From the human T2T-CHM13v2.0 reference genome, Homo sapiens: a DNA stretch of 64,000 nucleotides. The translations under genes and the position numbers were made by a program. The notes under the pieces were generated by a model, which searched no databases, was not told where the DNA came from, and saw only the letters and a list, made by a program, of their open reading frames with translations. Location: NCBI RefSeq assembly GCF_009914755.1, contig NC_060937.1; one strand, written 5' to 3'. Position 1 is the stretch's first letter; each line of letters starts with the position of its first letter. Positions 28,596-42,246 of this stretch are shown in pieces.

Positions 28596-28681
28596 TAATC
28601 ATAACTGATTAATATTTATGAATTAACTAACATTATAGTAATCATAATTGTTTAATATGTATGAATTAACTAACAATTATC
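28596..28681. repeat. 43-bp tandem duplication
   Basis: TAATCATAA(C/T)TG(A/T)TTAATAT(T/G)TATGAATTAACTAACA occurs at 28596 and 28639. Confidence 0.8.
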
Positions 28682-29139
28682 ATATATGAATATACTAATT
28701 TTATAAAGATGGGGTGATGAGGCTAAATTGTGGACTATATTTTTGTTTAGCAAATAGAGTTGTATGGAATTATTTTAGTTATCTGTGCTTGGACTAAATC
28801 CTGAGTGGGTTTCATTATTTCAGTTAAGAAATAAAAGCTGTGCATCCTATGCACATGTTTGCAAGTACTCACATCAAGAACCTGATTCCTGGGAGAAAAT
28901 AATCGTGGCAATTTTCTACCTTTAAACTCAAGCATTTGATGGCAAACATCACACATAAATTGTGTGAGATTTTAAACTATATTTATTATTTGCAATTTAA
29001 AAATTGATAAAGTTTTGTTTAACTGTATTTGGGAAGCACATTTATATTAATTTTCTTAAAAAAATTAATGGGTCTATATCAAATAATAATTAAAACCTGT
29101 TGTTTTATGGAGACTGACCCCTCTTTGTCTCTAAACATG

Positions 29140-29340
29140 AAAATAATTAGATAATGATTATAGTGCTTATATGATCATCTTGTTTAATATGCATAATAAT
29201 CTTGAGAAAAAGGTGATGTACCTATTTTGCACCTGCCAAAACAAATAGTAAAAGAGGTTAATTAACATGGCCCTGCTTAAACAGATGGTAAACGCTGGGA
29301 TTTAAACCTAGGCCCCAGTAGTCCCAATCATGGTAAACAT
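29140..29340 (-). mobile_element. MIR
   Basis: GAGGTTAATTAACATGGCCC...GCTGGGATTTAAACCTAGG. Confidence 0.55.
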
Positions 29341-29542
29341 ATGATGTTGCCTCTCTGGTTTAGGTTGTTATTATTCAAAAGAGAGAACTATTTGTTTTTA
29401 TGCCTTTAAACATTTTGTTTTTTAAAACTGTAGGACATACCCATTTTGGAATCAAATAAATAATACACTCCAAATCTTACTTTCCATAAAATGCTCATAT
29501 AAGCAATTAGGAATTTCAAAAATTCTAATTTCATAAAATAGC

Positions 29543-29907
29543 TTATATGGTTTGGCTCAGTGTCCTCACCAAAATATCATGCCTAATTATAATCTCCATG
29601 TGTCAGAGGAAGGACCTGGTGGGAGGTGCTGGATCATGGGGGCAGATTTCCCCAAAGCTGTTCTTGTGATAGTGAGTAGGTTCTCACGAGGTCTGATGGT
29701 TTAAAAGTGTGGCACTTCCCCCCTCACTCTCCTTCTCCTGCAGCCTTTTGAAAATGGTGCTTGATTCTCCTTCACTTTCTGTCATGATTGTAAGTTTCCT
29801 GAGGCCTCCCCAGCAATGCAGAACTGTGAGTCAATTAAACCCCTTTTCTTTATAAATTACCCAGTCTCAGGTAGTTTTTTATAGTACTGTGATAGTAGAC
29901 CAATACA
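29543..29907 (+). mobile_element. MSTA/THE1D-like solo LTR
   Basis: TTATATGGTTTGGCT...TGTAAGTTTCCTGAGGCCTCCCCAG...AATTAAA...ACCAATACA. TSD is ATAGC/ATGGC. Confidence 0.9.
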
Positions 29908-29988
29908 ATGGCTAATTTCAAATCCATTCAATTTTGCTGTCCCCAGTATTAACTGTATAACTGACTCATAGGAGGAAGTAGATCCAAA

Positions 29989-30847
29989 TTAAGCAGAAAA
30001 TTTTTCCTGACCCCTTTGTATGCAGGAACTGGAGTACATGGGCACTAGAACTAGCCAGCACTTTGGTGCCAGCAGAGGTGGACTCCACTCACTCTATCCT
30101 CTTGTGCTCAACCCCTCATGGGAGGGAGCACACAGGTGAGTGGGTGCAGGAGCCAGGGAGAGTGCTTTTGGGTGCTGGCAGGAGCAAAACTCCATGCAGG
30201 CCCCACAGCAGCATCTAGGGAGGAGTACTCATGATCTCCAAAGCTCCCTAAGTAGTATTGCCGTCAGCGCTCTTTTAGGTTTGCCATTCAAAGACGGCTC
30301 AAGAATTAACAACTCAGTGGAGGATCAGTGTGACAGCCTTTTGCATCCATACTTTTGGTACCCAAGCTCTTGTTGGATATCCAGGAACAATCAGGTCACA
30401 CAAATGAATTGAAGGGTGGTGAATGTGGAGAATTTTATTGCTGATGAAAGTGGCTCTTGGTGGGAAAGGGAGTTAGAAAGGGGCTGGAGCAGGTAAGTGA
30501 TCTTCCCCTGGAGTTTGGCCAGCGCATTCCCTTCAAAAGCCACACCACCAAGCCATCCCTCTGAAATCAAGCTGCGTCTCTTTGATGTCCAACTGTACTC
30601 TCCAACATCCAGCTGCTTTTCCTCTTTTCTTCCTCTCCTCCTTCTGCTGGCAGAGCCTGGGGTTTTTATGGGCACAGGACGAGGGATGGGGCAGGCCATG
30701 GGTGGTTTTGGAAAAGGCAACATTCAAGTGGGAAAACAGGGATATAAAATTCTCAATTTGGGCCATGATTCCAGGTGTGAGGGTGGAGTTCTTTCCCAAG
30801 GACCCACCCTCTTCTGCCCAGAATTTCCCTGCCTCCTCTCTCTATGA
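29989..30847 (-). mobile_element. ERV1 solo LTR, LTR28/LTR27-like (second copy, opposite orientation)
   Basis: Reverse complement of blocks in 22517-23487 (e.g. CCTCTGAAATCAAGCTG, GGGCACAGGACGAGG, GGAAAAGGCAACATTC). Confidence 0.8.
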
Positions 30848-31240
30848 CATACATCTCAACAATCTGTTTTGGATTTTTTTAACACCATGTATAAGGCAGT
30901 ATGTATGCTGATAGTGACAATGACTTTGCTCCCTATGAAGATGTAAGGGAAGTCATTAAGACGCTAGCATAGGGAGTTTAATGGGAGTGTCAGATAGTGA
31001 TAGTAGAAGTAATAAGAGCAGACAACCAATGACAATTGTGATAAGAGGTAAGCGGGGCAAGAGGATATTAAAAGGAGGTGAAGAAAAAAGGAAAAATGCA
31101 GGAGAAGAAACATTTCAATCTCTAGTGGCCTAAGGCAGGAAGTAGTTAAATATGAGGCCACATAAAATTTCTTCATTTTCTTCTATACTTACTGGCGTTT
31201 TCTAATCCAAAGTAACTGGTTAAGCACCTTTACTCTAGGG

Positions 31241-31360
31241 CAGTGGTTTCCAAACCCGGTTGCTGCACAGTATTATCTGGGAATATAATGCTAAAAAATG
31301 TTAATACCTAGGATGTACGCCTCACATTTTGATTTAGTCCAATTTGGGATGAAACAGAGA
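31241..31360. mobile_element. MER5 (hAT-Charlie MITE) fragment
   Basis: Starts with the TIR CAGTGGTTTCCAAAC, followed by TGCTGCACAGTATTATCTGGG. Confidence 0.6.
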
Positions 31361-31689
31361 AATCCACTTTCTGATTATAATTAGGAATTTAATTTTTCTT
31401 CCGATGGCATAGGGAGCTTCAACTGTATGTTTAATAATTTGGTGACTGAGAAAGCCATCATTTTATTAACCCAAGATACTGTATTTTACGGCCTATAATC
31501 AAAAAACTCTATCCAGGCTATATTGTGATAGTAGAGCAAATTTGAGGTATTGTTTGCAGATTAAAGTTATAATTTAATGCTTACAAATTTAATATATAAA
31601 TGGTTTGGGTTTAATTACATTAACTACATTTGTTAAATGTGGCAAATAATATTGACTACCAACAGGCATTTCTCCCTTTTCTACTTTGC

Positions 31690-32200
31690 TAACAGGACCT
31701 CAGTTTTGTTATGTATGATGTGATAGTGTTGTCAGGGAAGTTAGATGCTGGGGTTGATCCATGAATAAACCAATTATGTAGACCAATTACAGTATTCCTA
31801 TTCCCTTTTTCCAGTGACTGGCTTACAGTTGTGCTTCTGGCCAATGAGATTAAAGAAGAAATCTTCCAGGGTTTCTGGAAAAGATTTTCCTCTACGATAA
31901 AAAGCTGGGGTTCTACAAGGATTTCATTTACTGGTTTTAGATGCTGTTTTGTGAGTCTCATCATGCCTAGAGTTTGTGATGCTTGGAACTGCTGCCACCT
32001 TCTTGAAATTATGGAATTAAAAGCAGCCAATACAATGGAGGCACAAAGAAGAAAAATTAAATGAGCTATGGTTCTTGTGGATATCTTTTGGCTTATTAAC
32101 CAGCGCTGCTTCTGCTTATCTCTGAACACTTTATGAGGATAGATCACATATGTTTTCATTGTTCAAGTCACTGTTAAAAAGGTATTATTTTATTGCACCT
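31690..32200 (+). mobile_element. Old MLT1 (K/L-like) LTR
   Basis: TTCTGGCCAATGAGAT...TTCTGGAAAAGATTTTC...TGATGCTTGGAACTGCTGCCACCTTCTTG. Confidence 0.55.
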
Positions 32201-32889
32201 GATACATTGATTTATGCCTTTTCCTTTCTAGCAAGATGTTTTTTACTTAATTCTGGCTCATAGTTTTCAAGCTGGAGGGTACTGCTCTGATTACTCCTGT
32301 GCCACATGAGTTCCTTTGTCTTTCTTCTAGCATTTCAGCATTATCATGCTCACCTTACAGCACATTTTCCCCCAAGGGTCTCAATGCTTTCAACTGATGA
32401 TTTCAGCAAGGTTATTTAAATTTTTGTCAAGAGGAGTAGATTTTTAAAAATAAGATTCCTGGTGTTTTCCATATGTGCTGATTAAATGAGCAGCAGACTA
32501 AGCTAAGTTTATTAAAAACAACAAGAATTTTAGCATGAAAGAAAAAGGCCAACAGTAGGGAGCACCACAAAATTAAAATTATAACTTAGCCAAGCTGTGC
32601 TGTCAAAATCCAGTGATTTCTGTCTCTTAACTCCAGTGTGGGAAAGTGAGGAAGCTGAAGTGGAAAATATTATTTCTGGGTTCTGGAGACCAAAAGAGGC
32701 AGAGTAATTCCTGGCTAGAGGAAATTAGTTCTGTTCAGCAGGATCTGTATGCAAGCTTCTAGGGGCAGCAAGAGAGGGAGAGACCACAGAGCTGATTAAA
32801 AAGATCCATCATTCTGTATTCATGAAGCTTACTGTTGTAGGGAGAAACACGAGTGTACGATCAGTGAAACCCAAGATAAAAATGTAGCC

Positions 32890-33100
32890 GATTCTTAAAC
32901 AGTACCAGCTTTGGTACAAACCTGTGTTCTGCCATGAAGAACCTTGAGACCTTATCAAAGATAATTCATTTCAGGCCTTCAGTTGCATTCCAAATTAGAG
33001 GACATAATGAAGAGTGATAATGGGGAGTCTTTAATATAATAACACATGTAGATCTCTTAGCATATTCCCTGGCCCATAATAAATGGCAATACATGTCATA
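32890..33100 (+). mobile_element. MIR, degenerate
   Basis: CAAACCTGTGTTCTGCCA...ACATGTAGATCTCTTAGCATATTCCCTGGCCCATAATAAATG. Confidence 0.5.
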
Positions 33101-33434
33101 TATTTAAAGTAAAAAAAATCATAAACTATATGTGTATTTATCTAACTAGAAATAAAGAAGGAGAATGGCTATTTGAGTTTCATAAATGATTGAATAATTG
33201 ATTATTGGGGGCTTAAAACACTGATGAAAGGGGTCATAATTTTGTCATACTGCTTAATTCCATAAAGATAAAAAGCAAAACCAGAAAAAAAGAAAAGGAC
33301 GGTAAGTCAGGTAGATATTAATGTATTAGTAAAGATTTCGTGCAATTAAAGTACAAGGTGTTGTAAGGCTTATGATATTTTATCTTCATCATAAAGTTTC
33401 TAATTTTTTCTCTTACAGCAGAATATTTTATAGA

Positions 33435-33660
33435 CAATACTCTTGAATCAGTAATTATTTTTGCTCCCTCGGGGAAGTTTGACAATGTCTGGAGACACTT
33501 TTAGTTGTCATAACTGGCCAGAATTTGCCACTGCAGTCTAGAGGGTAGAGACAAGAAATGCTACTAAACATTCTACCATAAACCGGAAAGCCTCACTACT
33601 ACCCTCATCAAAGAGTTACCTGGCCCCAAATAGCAACAGTGTCACCGCTAACAAACTCTG
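33435..33660. mobile_element. MER20 (hAT-Charlie)
   Basis: TTTGACAATGTCTGGAGACACTTTTAGTTGTCATAACTGG...GGGTAGAGACAAGAAATGCTACTAAACATTCTAC. Confidence 0.85.
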
Positions 33661-33850
33661 TTTCTTTTTCATTGTAGATTCAAGATGTACACGTGCAGGT
33701 TTGTTACATGCATATATTGCATAATGCTGGGGTTTGGGCTTCTAGTGACCCCACTACTGAAATGATGAACATAGTACCCAATAGGTAGTTTTTCCAACCC
33801 TTGCCTTCCCCATCCCCACCACTACCTTTTTTGGAGTTCCTAGTGTCTCT
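33661..33850 (-). mobile_element. L1PA15/16-like 3' end fragment
   Basis: GTGCAGGTTTGTTACATG...ATATTGCATAATGCTG...CATAGTACCCAATAGGTAGTTTTT. Confidence 0.85.
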
Positions 33851-35424
33851 TGAAGAAACTCATTTTAAATTAATCCAGTTTTTTTTTAAAATAATAAGTG
33901 TTACTGAGATAGGAGTGTGTGTCTGCATGTGTTTATGTGTGCGCAAGCACGTGTTCGAATGCAAGAATAGAGGTATTCCACAAATATATAAATCTTCTAC
34001 AAGCAAGCAAAGAGAAAGAGGAAAAAAGGAGCTTTGATAATCGTCCAGTGTCATCTAGACTACAAGCCCATTATTTGCATAGGATTATGTATTGTATTTA
34101 AATGGCAGATTCAGAGCTAAAATCCAGAGTTTTCTACTGCTAAATCAAGGCATACTTCCTGAAATTATCTCCTAAATATCAGCATTAAGATTAGCTATTT
34201 TTGTTTCATTAGAGTCATGATAAGCACATTCAATGTTTCTAAGATTTCATGAATACAATAATGATATTTCTTATATTATGTTGTTTCATATCAGAAGCCA
34301 TGGTTTCCATTTATGCATATTTTTATTGACTTCGGGATTCCCCATAAGATATACATTTATAAATGTTCTAGAATCTAGCCACTGTTTAATTTATAATGTA
34401 AATGGCACAAGCATATAATTTTAAGCATAACAAAACATTTTTTTTTTGTTCTTCCTACTCATGTAACAAAAGATTTTGTGCTAATTCTTTGTACCTTACT
34501 TATTGACTGTGTTTGCAAGTATGGTCATTCTGAAAGAGAGTAGGTATTTTCTGTAACTGTGCAAGTTCTGACTCAGAAACAAAATTAATCAGTAGAGGTA
34601 ATATAACCTTGACCTTCTTTTAAAATATGTATTTGTGTAAAGTATGTTGCTTCAAACAATACAAAAGGGTAAGAAAGTGCCTATGCTGTACAGTAATACA
34701 CAGCTTTATTAATTCAAGCTGTTTGTACTGCAGGGAAAGAACGCCTACTCCTGAACTCCTCTGCATTCTCCTCTTGAACCAAAGCAAAGAATTACAGAGG
34801 CAGAGCTAGTGATGCTGCAGCCTCTTAGTGAGACCATGTTTCTCATGGGCTTCCAGGGCTGCAGTCAGCTGTGACTGTGAGAAATTGAATACAAGCTTTG
34901 AATATCGGTCTCCCTTTCCCTGTCTGTTAGCAAAGATTACAAACCATGCAGAGCCAACAGGAGCAGAGTCATAAGGGCATTCTTGAATGCCCACAGATTT
35001 GGCTATTTATTAAACTCTTTGATAATGGGGTCTCCATCACTGGAAATATTCAATATGGAGTAATGTGTTTTTAAAGGGAATCAATCATTGCATAAGTAGC
35101 AGTCATAGAAAATATCTAGCATTTCTTCCATGACTGACATTTTTAATCAGGGTTTTACTCAACATACCTTCCATATTATGTATAAGAAAACAAATATCAC
35201 TAGCAAAAATACACAGACATGGAGAAAACAAAATGCACCTAAACATTTTATTTTTAAAAAATGGCTAATGTGAACGCTTACAATTGTTTTGTAACAATGA
35301 ATTATATAAATTTTTCTTATTTATCTTAAATATTAATATGTTGAATAAATTGCTATTGTTCACGCTAGAATTATATATATGCAAATCATGTTTTATCTTA
35401 CATTCCCTCTATTTTTTGATGCTT

Positions 35425-35929
35425 TGTGCCATGGCAGGCACTGCCCTTCAAAAGAAGTTCATGTCCTCATCCCTGCAATCTTTGAAAATTTTATATTACA
35501 TGACAAAGGGGAATTTAAGTAGCAGATGGAATTAAGGTTAATAATTGTGCGACCTTGAAATGGGGAGATTATCCTGGATTAGTTGAGTGAGCCCAACTTA
35601 ATCACGTGTTCTTAATTGTGGAAGAGACAGGCAAAAGTGTCAGAGGGATGCTATGTGAGAAAGACTCAATCAGCCATTGTTCACTTTGAAGATGCAATAG
35701 GGCAACAAGCCAAGAGATGTGAGCAGCATCTGGTAACTGGAAAAGGCAAGAAAACAAACTCTTTGTAGAGCCTTCAGAAAGGAACATAGCACTGCCAAGT
35801 CCTTGTTTTTAGCCAGGTGAGCCCTATTTCAGACATCTGACCTACAGAACTGTGAGATAATAAATTTGTGTTCTTTTAAGCAACTAAGTATATTTTACTT
35901 TATAACAGCAGCAATGGGCGACTAATACA
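35425..35929 (+). mobile_element. MLT1D solo LTR
   Basis: GACCTTGAAATGGGGAGATTATCCTGGATT...CTGGAAAAGGCAAGAAAAC...ACCTACAGAACTGTGAGATAATAAATTTGTG...ACTAATACA. Confidence 0.9.
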
Positions 35930-37684
35930 GTGCTAAATAAAAACCTCAACCCTGTTGAATCTGTTTGGTTGTATTTTTGGTTGCAAGTAAAATACAACTC
36001 AAACTAACTGAGGCAGAAGCTCAGAAAGGACAAATGCTCGTGCGATTTGGGAATAACTGGAATCATGAATTCAACAAACATCCGTGAGCTTTTCTCTCCT
36101 ATAGTCTCTACTTCTCTATGTTTTGTCTTCATTATTTCAAGCAGCCTTTCCGGACACGTGATCACAGTCAGCAGGCAGATCCCAGAGACAAAGCACCTTA
36201 GCTTCATCTCTAATTAGGATTTTCAACTGAAAAAGAAAAACCCCAGTTAAGAGCCCAAATGGATCACTATATTCTCTTGTCCAGGTGGCCAATTTATCAC
36301 TTCAAGCCTTTCAATAGAAAAACAAGCATGGATGGAGTGAGGGGAGTTTCCTAAAAGAATGTTGGTGTTTTACGATAAGGGAAGTGGTGCCTGCAGATAA
36401 AAGTAGAATCTACAACACAGGGTTTCGTGTATCCTCAATACACAGAATGGAAATCAGATCAATACTGCCTTCCAAATTGTAACAATGATAGAGAGAAACC
36501 AGTGATTACATAAACTAGTAGAAATAAGAAAAGAAATATATACGTTAGTTCCAGGCACCCAAATTATCTTTGAAGATTGATTTTAGTGTTGGAAGAAATA
36601 AAAGTAATTGGAAAGTCAAGCTTTAACACTTTGAGCTTTAGGCTATTATAGGTTTTGTGTTTCGAAGTATTTCATATAAAGAGTAGCTAGATTTTTGGAA
36701 ACATTAGGTTACCTACCATAATGGTTTCAGGAATGATTGCAAAGAAGCAAATGTAATTTAGATAGTCTAATGTGCTCCATTCCATTACCAAAATGAATTT
36801 CATTAGATTTACATTTGATTACCTTCAGTTTTAGCTTAAATTTTTATTACATGAACTATTCCAATGGTTGGATCTTCTAAAAATATTAGAATTGTGCATT
36901 TAAAAATATTGTTTTTCAAGACCTTATTTTGAAGTCCTCTCTCCCTCTGGCAGCTGTTCTACTTATCTGTCAAACAACCCTCAGGGTATTACAACTCTTC
37001 AGTATATTGATAGGTAAAGAAAGATCATCTCTTTTAGTAGATTTTTAAAGTTCTTTTTAAGTTCTTTGGAAACCCAATATTAATTTATGCAACATTAAAC
37101 CACAAATAAAATTGAGAAAGTCTCATTTAATGACAATTTAAAAGTCTATATATTATTTTGTTAAGATCTTTAGGAAAACATAATAAACTATAATTCCTTT
37201 TACAAAATTCGGAAAATGCTCACTATTTCAGATATAAAGTAGCTCTCCAGAAATTTCAAATGAGTTTTACAAGAAATTATTGTTGAAAAGTAAATGCCAC
37301 ATGTCTTTAGCACAAATCAGTTTTCATGACCAATAATTATATATTCATCTTGTTCATTTTCAGTTTTTTATTTATAAGCATATATCTAGAAGCTTCATGT
37401 TAACTCCCCTAAATCAATGGAATATTTTAGCTTTATCTAATGTTTGACTTTTATGTCACAAAATTAATTATGAGCTTCATAATTTTTTAATGATAAAACA
37501 ATATCAGCTTGGAAAATCAGAATATTTTCTGGTAATCAATCAAAATCTTGCCTAGATATAGTTTGGATTCTTTGAAAGACTGACACTTAACACCAATGTA
37601 CTGCCAAATTTAAATATCAGAGTTCTAAGAGAGTTCAAGGGCAAAGTTGATACCTCTGCAGTAAGAAGAACTGAAGAAAAACAT

Positions 37685-38047
<363 letters not shown>

Positions 38048-38267
38048 TTAGATATATGTGGGGACATTTTCTAAAGAGACATATTATTTTATCTAGTGCT
38101 ATTTTATGGACACAGGAGCAATTTATTCAGAATTAAATAAAGCCTCTCTTCAATAGAACTGTCAAATTGGTATACTCTTTTTCAAGTAGTAAGCAGTATG
38201 ATTTGAACCACAGGGATTGTGGGTATGAATAATTGGACACTGGATCCTCAGAAATTTTTTTAAAATG

Positions 38268-38560
38268 GGCTGAGTGTGGTGGCTCACACTTGTAATCCCA
38301 GCAACTTGGGAGACTGGGGCAGGAATTTGAGACCAGACTAGGCAACATAGTGAAACCTGGTCTCTATGAAAATATAAATTAAAATATTAGCCAGGTGTAG
38401 TGATACATTCCTGTAGTCATAACTACTTGGGAGAATCATTTGAGCCCAGGAATTCAGGGCTGCAGTGAGCTATGATCAAGCCAATGCATTCTAGTCCTCC
38501 AGCCTGGGTTACAGAGCAAGACACTATCTCAAATAAATAAATAAATAGATAGATAATAAA
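38268..38560 (+). mobile_element. AluJ with internal deletions and an (AAAT/AGAT)n tail
   Basis: J-type diagnostics TTTGAGCCCAGGA and GCAGTGAGCTATGATC. Confidence 0.88.
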
Positions 38561-38720
38561 ATAGTCTATGAAAGTAATATTTTATCTATACAACATAAAA
38601 AATTACTTCCTTCTTAAAAACTTCAAATCAAAAGCCAATAGCTTTTTCCCAGTTGCTAAATTTGAAGAAATTCATAGACTCAGAACCCCATTAACTAAAG
38701 GCAGGTTTGATTTTCTTAAG

Positions 38721-38901
38721 CAGTTGTTATGAAAATATGGTCCTTTGTTCAACAACATTAGCATCACTTGGAAATGGACTAGAGAAATTCTCGTGAAATA
38801 TTACACCCCCGACTACATCAGAAACTCAGAGTTTGGGCCCAGTAATCTTTTAAAAATCCCTTTAGGTGATCTTGAAGTGTGCTACAGTTTGAGAACCACT
38901 G
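38721..38901. mobile_element. MER5A (hAT-Charlie MITE), complete
   Basis: TIRs CAGTTGTTATGAAA / TTTGAGAACCACTG and a perfect 8-bp TSD TTCTTAAG (38713-38720 and 38902-38909). Confidence 0.9.
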
Positions 38902-38939
38902 TTCTTAAGGATGAACAATGTGATTTACAAAACCTGCCC

Positions 38940-39670
38940 TAAGAGAACTGTGCCCATTTGTCAGGATGACTATATACTAGGAAATTAATATACACACATC
39001 TTGGGAAGATGTTTAGATATTGGTTCTAACTAGTTCTTTTTGGTCAGAAAGGGAGTTTACAAAGCTGAGATCACAAAGTTTGGGCTCAGGTTTATCTTTC
39101 AAAAGGCCCAGGAATTCCACAAATACTATGCGAAGCTATTTCTTGAGTTATTGAAGGAAAAGTTAAAATAGATACATCTGTCAAATGGCATAATCTATAG
39201 CTTGGTTCTCTGACTCTTAAAGTGAGGGCTATTATTCCTGAAGGATCCAGTGGAAACTGGTATGGATGAGACCATCCACGCATACTAAAATGTTAAACCA
39301 AAGAAATGCCACATTTCTGGAAATTTTCGGAGATCTGTGAGACTGTTAAAGATTTGAAAGATGCAAAAGTGATGTTCTTATCACACTGCTCTTTTACATG
39401 ATCTGTTTGGTAAAAAATCAGATGACTCCTACAGTGAGATCCTAACTATAACCATCTTTGAGGCCAGAGATATGGCATCCTTGCTAAAGTAATTCAACAC
39501 TGTTCCTGGCACCTAGTAGCTATTGGGATCTGTCAAATTTATTATTTTCGTGCCAGTCAAAAATTATATCACAAACAGTGGTAGGGATAGAAATCCACCT
39601 TAATTCTCATTTCTCAGGAATAGTTCAACTGTATTGTTGTCTATCTCACTATTGTACCTAATAACATTTT
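38940..39670 (+). mobile_element. ERVL-type pro-pol remnant, copy 3
   Basis: CLDIGSN* (39010-39033) resembles LLDTGSE. DLKDAKVM (39351-39374) resembles DLKDAGVV. An AIDL-like segment lies near 39520. Confidence 0.65.
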
Positions 39671-41817
39671 AGTACTTTTTTTTAACTTTTTTATTTTTTA
39701 CATTGACAGATAATGATGTATGTATTTACCTTGTACAACATGACGCATTATCTAACATGGTTGTTACTTTTGTGGTAACATAACTTTTTATTCACTCTCT
39801 TATTTTTCAATATGAAAAATTATTAACTATAATTACCAGGTTATAAAATAGATCTCTTGAAATTATTTCTCTTGTTAATTATATTTATTTTTCTTTGAGC
39901 ATTATCTCTTCACTCCCACTACCAAACATTCCAGCCCCTGAGATCAACTTGTTTGTATTCTCCAAATATGTGAGATCATGCATGATTTATGTTTCTGCAA
40001 CTGGCTCATTTCATAAATTCCTCCAACTTCATCCATTTTCACATAAACAACAAGATTTTCTTATTTTTTATGGCTTAATAGTACACAGTATTTCATTGTG
40101 TATACATCCTACATTATCCGTTCATTCATTTATGGAAAATTAGATTGATTTTGTCTACTTGCAATTGTGAATAGTGCTGCAATAAACATATGTATAAGTC
40201 CTACTACTAATAGTGGGATTGATGTATTATATGGTAGTTCTAATATTAATTTTTTGAGGAAAGTCCATACTATTTTTCATAATGGCTGTACTAATTTACA
40301 TTCCCACCAACAATGTGCAAAAATATTTTTCCCACATCCTCACCAATACTTGATTTTTGTCTTTTCGATGATAGGCATTCTAATAAATATAAGGATATCT
40401 CATTGCACCTGTGACTTCCGTTACCCTGATGATTAATGATGCTGAGCATTTATTCATATACTTGTTGTGCATTTATGTGTCTTTTTTTGAGAAATATCTT
40501 TTTAGGTCCTAACCCGTGTTTTAATCAGATTATTTGTTTTCTTGCTATTAATTTGTTTGAATTACTTATATATTTTTGGATATTAACTGCTTATCAGTTG
40601 TAGAGTTTGCTACTATTTTCTCCCATTCTGTAGACTGTCTCTTCACTCGGTTGTTTTCTTTGCTAGGCTGAAGGTATTTAGTTTGATGTAATACCATTTA
40701 TTTACTTTTGCTTTTGTTGCCTGTGTTTTTAGGGTTGTATTAAAAAAATCATTGCCCAGCAAACATCATGGAGCTTTTCCTCTATGTATTCTTCTAGCAT
40801 TTTATCATTTTAGGCTTTACATTACATTTTTAAACCATTTCAGTTTATTTTTGTATATGGTGTGAGATAGGGGTCTAATTTCATTCTTCTGCATGAGTAT
40901 ATCCAGTTTCTCTAAAACAATTTATTAAAGAGATTGTCCTGTCTCCATTGTGTATTCTTGGCTCCTTTGCCAAAAATCAGTTAGTTGAAGATATGTGGAT
41001 TTATTTCTAGGCTTTTTATTCTGTTTTGTTGTTCTCAGCGGCTTTCTCACCTATGGCAGTTGTCCTCACACATTTTGGCCCTGGAGCACATAAGGCAAAT
41101 GGGAGAGCCCCTAGCAAGAGCCAGGGAAAGAGTCCTTCGTATATTGCAAAAGCCTTAGGCAGAGGAGAGGAAGACCCAGCAACGCCTAGACTTCACTGGC
41201 TGCTACTCTGTGTCCGTTTTTATATCAGTACCATGCTGGTTTAGTTACTGCATTTTTGTAGTATATTTTGAAGACAGGTACTATAATGTCTCCATCTTTG
41301 TTCTTTATGTTCAGATTATTTTGGCTATTCAGGGTATTTTGTGGTTCTATACAAATTGCAGAATTGTTGTTTCCATTTCTGAGAAGAATGTCCTTGGTAT
41401 TTTGAGAGAGATTTTATTGAATCTGTAGATTGCTTTGGGTGGTATGGACATTTTAACAATATTAACTATTCCAATCCATAAACAATGTATATCTTTCCAT
41501 TTATTTGTGTCTTAATTACTTTTATCCATGTTTTATAGTTTTAGTGCAGAGATCTTCCATCTCGTTAGTTAAATTTATTCCTATCTATCATTTTAGTTAT
41601 GATAAATATAATTTTTGTGAATTTCTTTTCATATAGTCCACTGTCATATAGAAACACTACTGATTTTTACGTATGTATTTTGTATCCTGCAACTTTACCA
41701 AAATCACTTTTTGGTTTTAACAGATTTTTGATGAAGTCTTTAGAGTTTTCTATTCATATTATCATCTTGCCAGCAAACAGGGACAATTTAACATGTTCCT
41801 TTAAAATTGAGTGACTT

Positions 41818-42246
41818 TGTGAAAGGAAAATAAAATCTTGGGACCCCAATTCACTATAAAGAAGGAAAAAATTAAGCTGAAAGCTGAGTCAAGCAAGAAA
41901 CTGCCTTTTGTTCCTAAGCAGAGAGCTATATATAAAAGGTTAAATATCTCCACAGGTAGTTACCCTATGATCAGCTTATCTTATGTAAAGTGCTGATTTA
42001 TTGAGCACTAAACACTAGATGAATAAATAATTGGTTATTCCCCTACTCGTTCCTTTTCCCTTATAACATGTAAATTACTACACATTTCCTCTTTCCCTTC
42101 CAGCCTACTTTTCCTCTTTAAATATTGAGGCCCTCAAAATCATCTTTGGAGAGAGGCACAGATCTCTTTCCTGGGCATGTCCTTAACCTTGGCTAAATAA
42201 ACTTCTCAATTGATTGAGACTTGCCTCCAGTTCTTTTTGCTTTACA
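41818..42246 (+). mobile_element. MER4-family ERV1 solo LTR
   Basis: TGTGAAAGGAAAATAAAATCTTGGGACCCC...TTTAAATA...AATAAA...TTTACA, with a 4-bp TSD ACTT/ACTC. Confidence 0.88.

Noticed and set aside
28860-28910. Possible 16-nt minus-strand micro-exon (TTTTCTCCCAG|...|GTGAGT)
   Set aside because: Too short and isolated to distinguish from chance.
31689-32159. 156-aa ORF on the minus strand
   Set aside because: Overlaps an old MLT1 LTR and has no recognisable domain.
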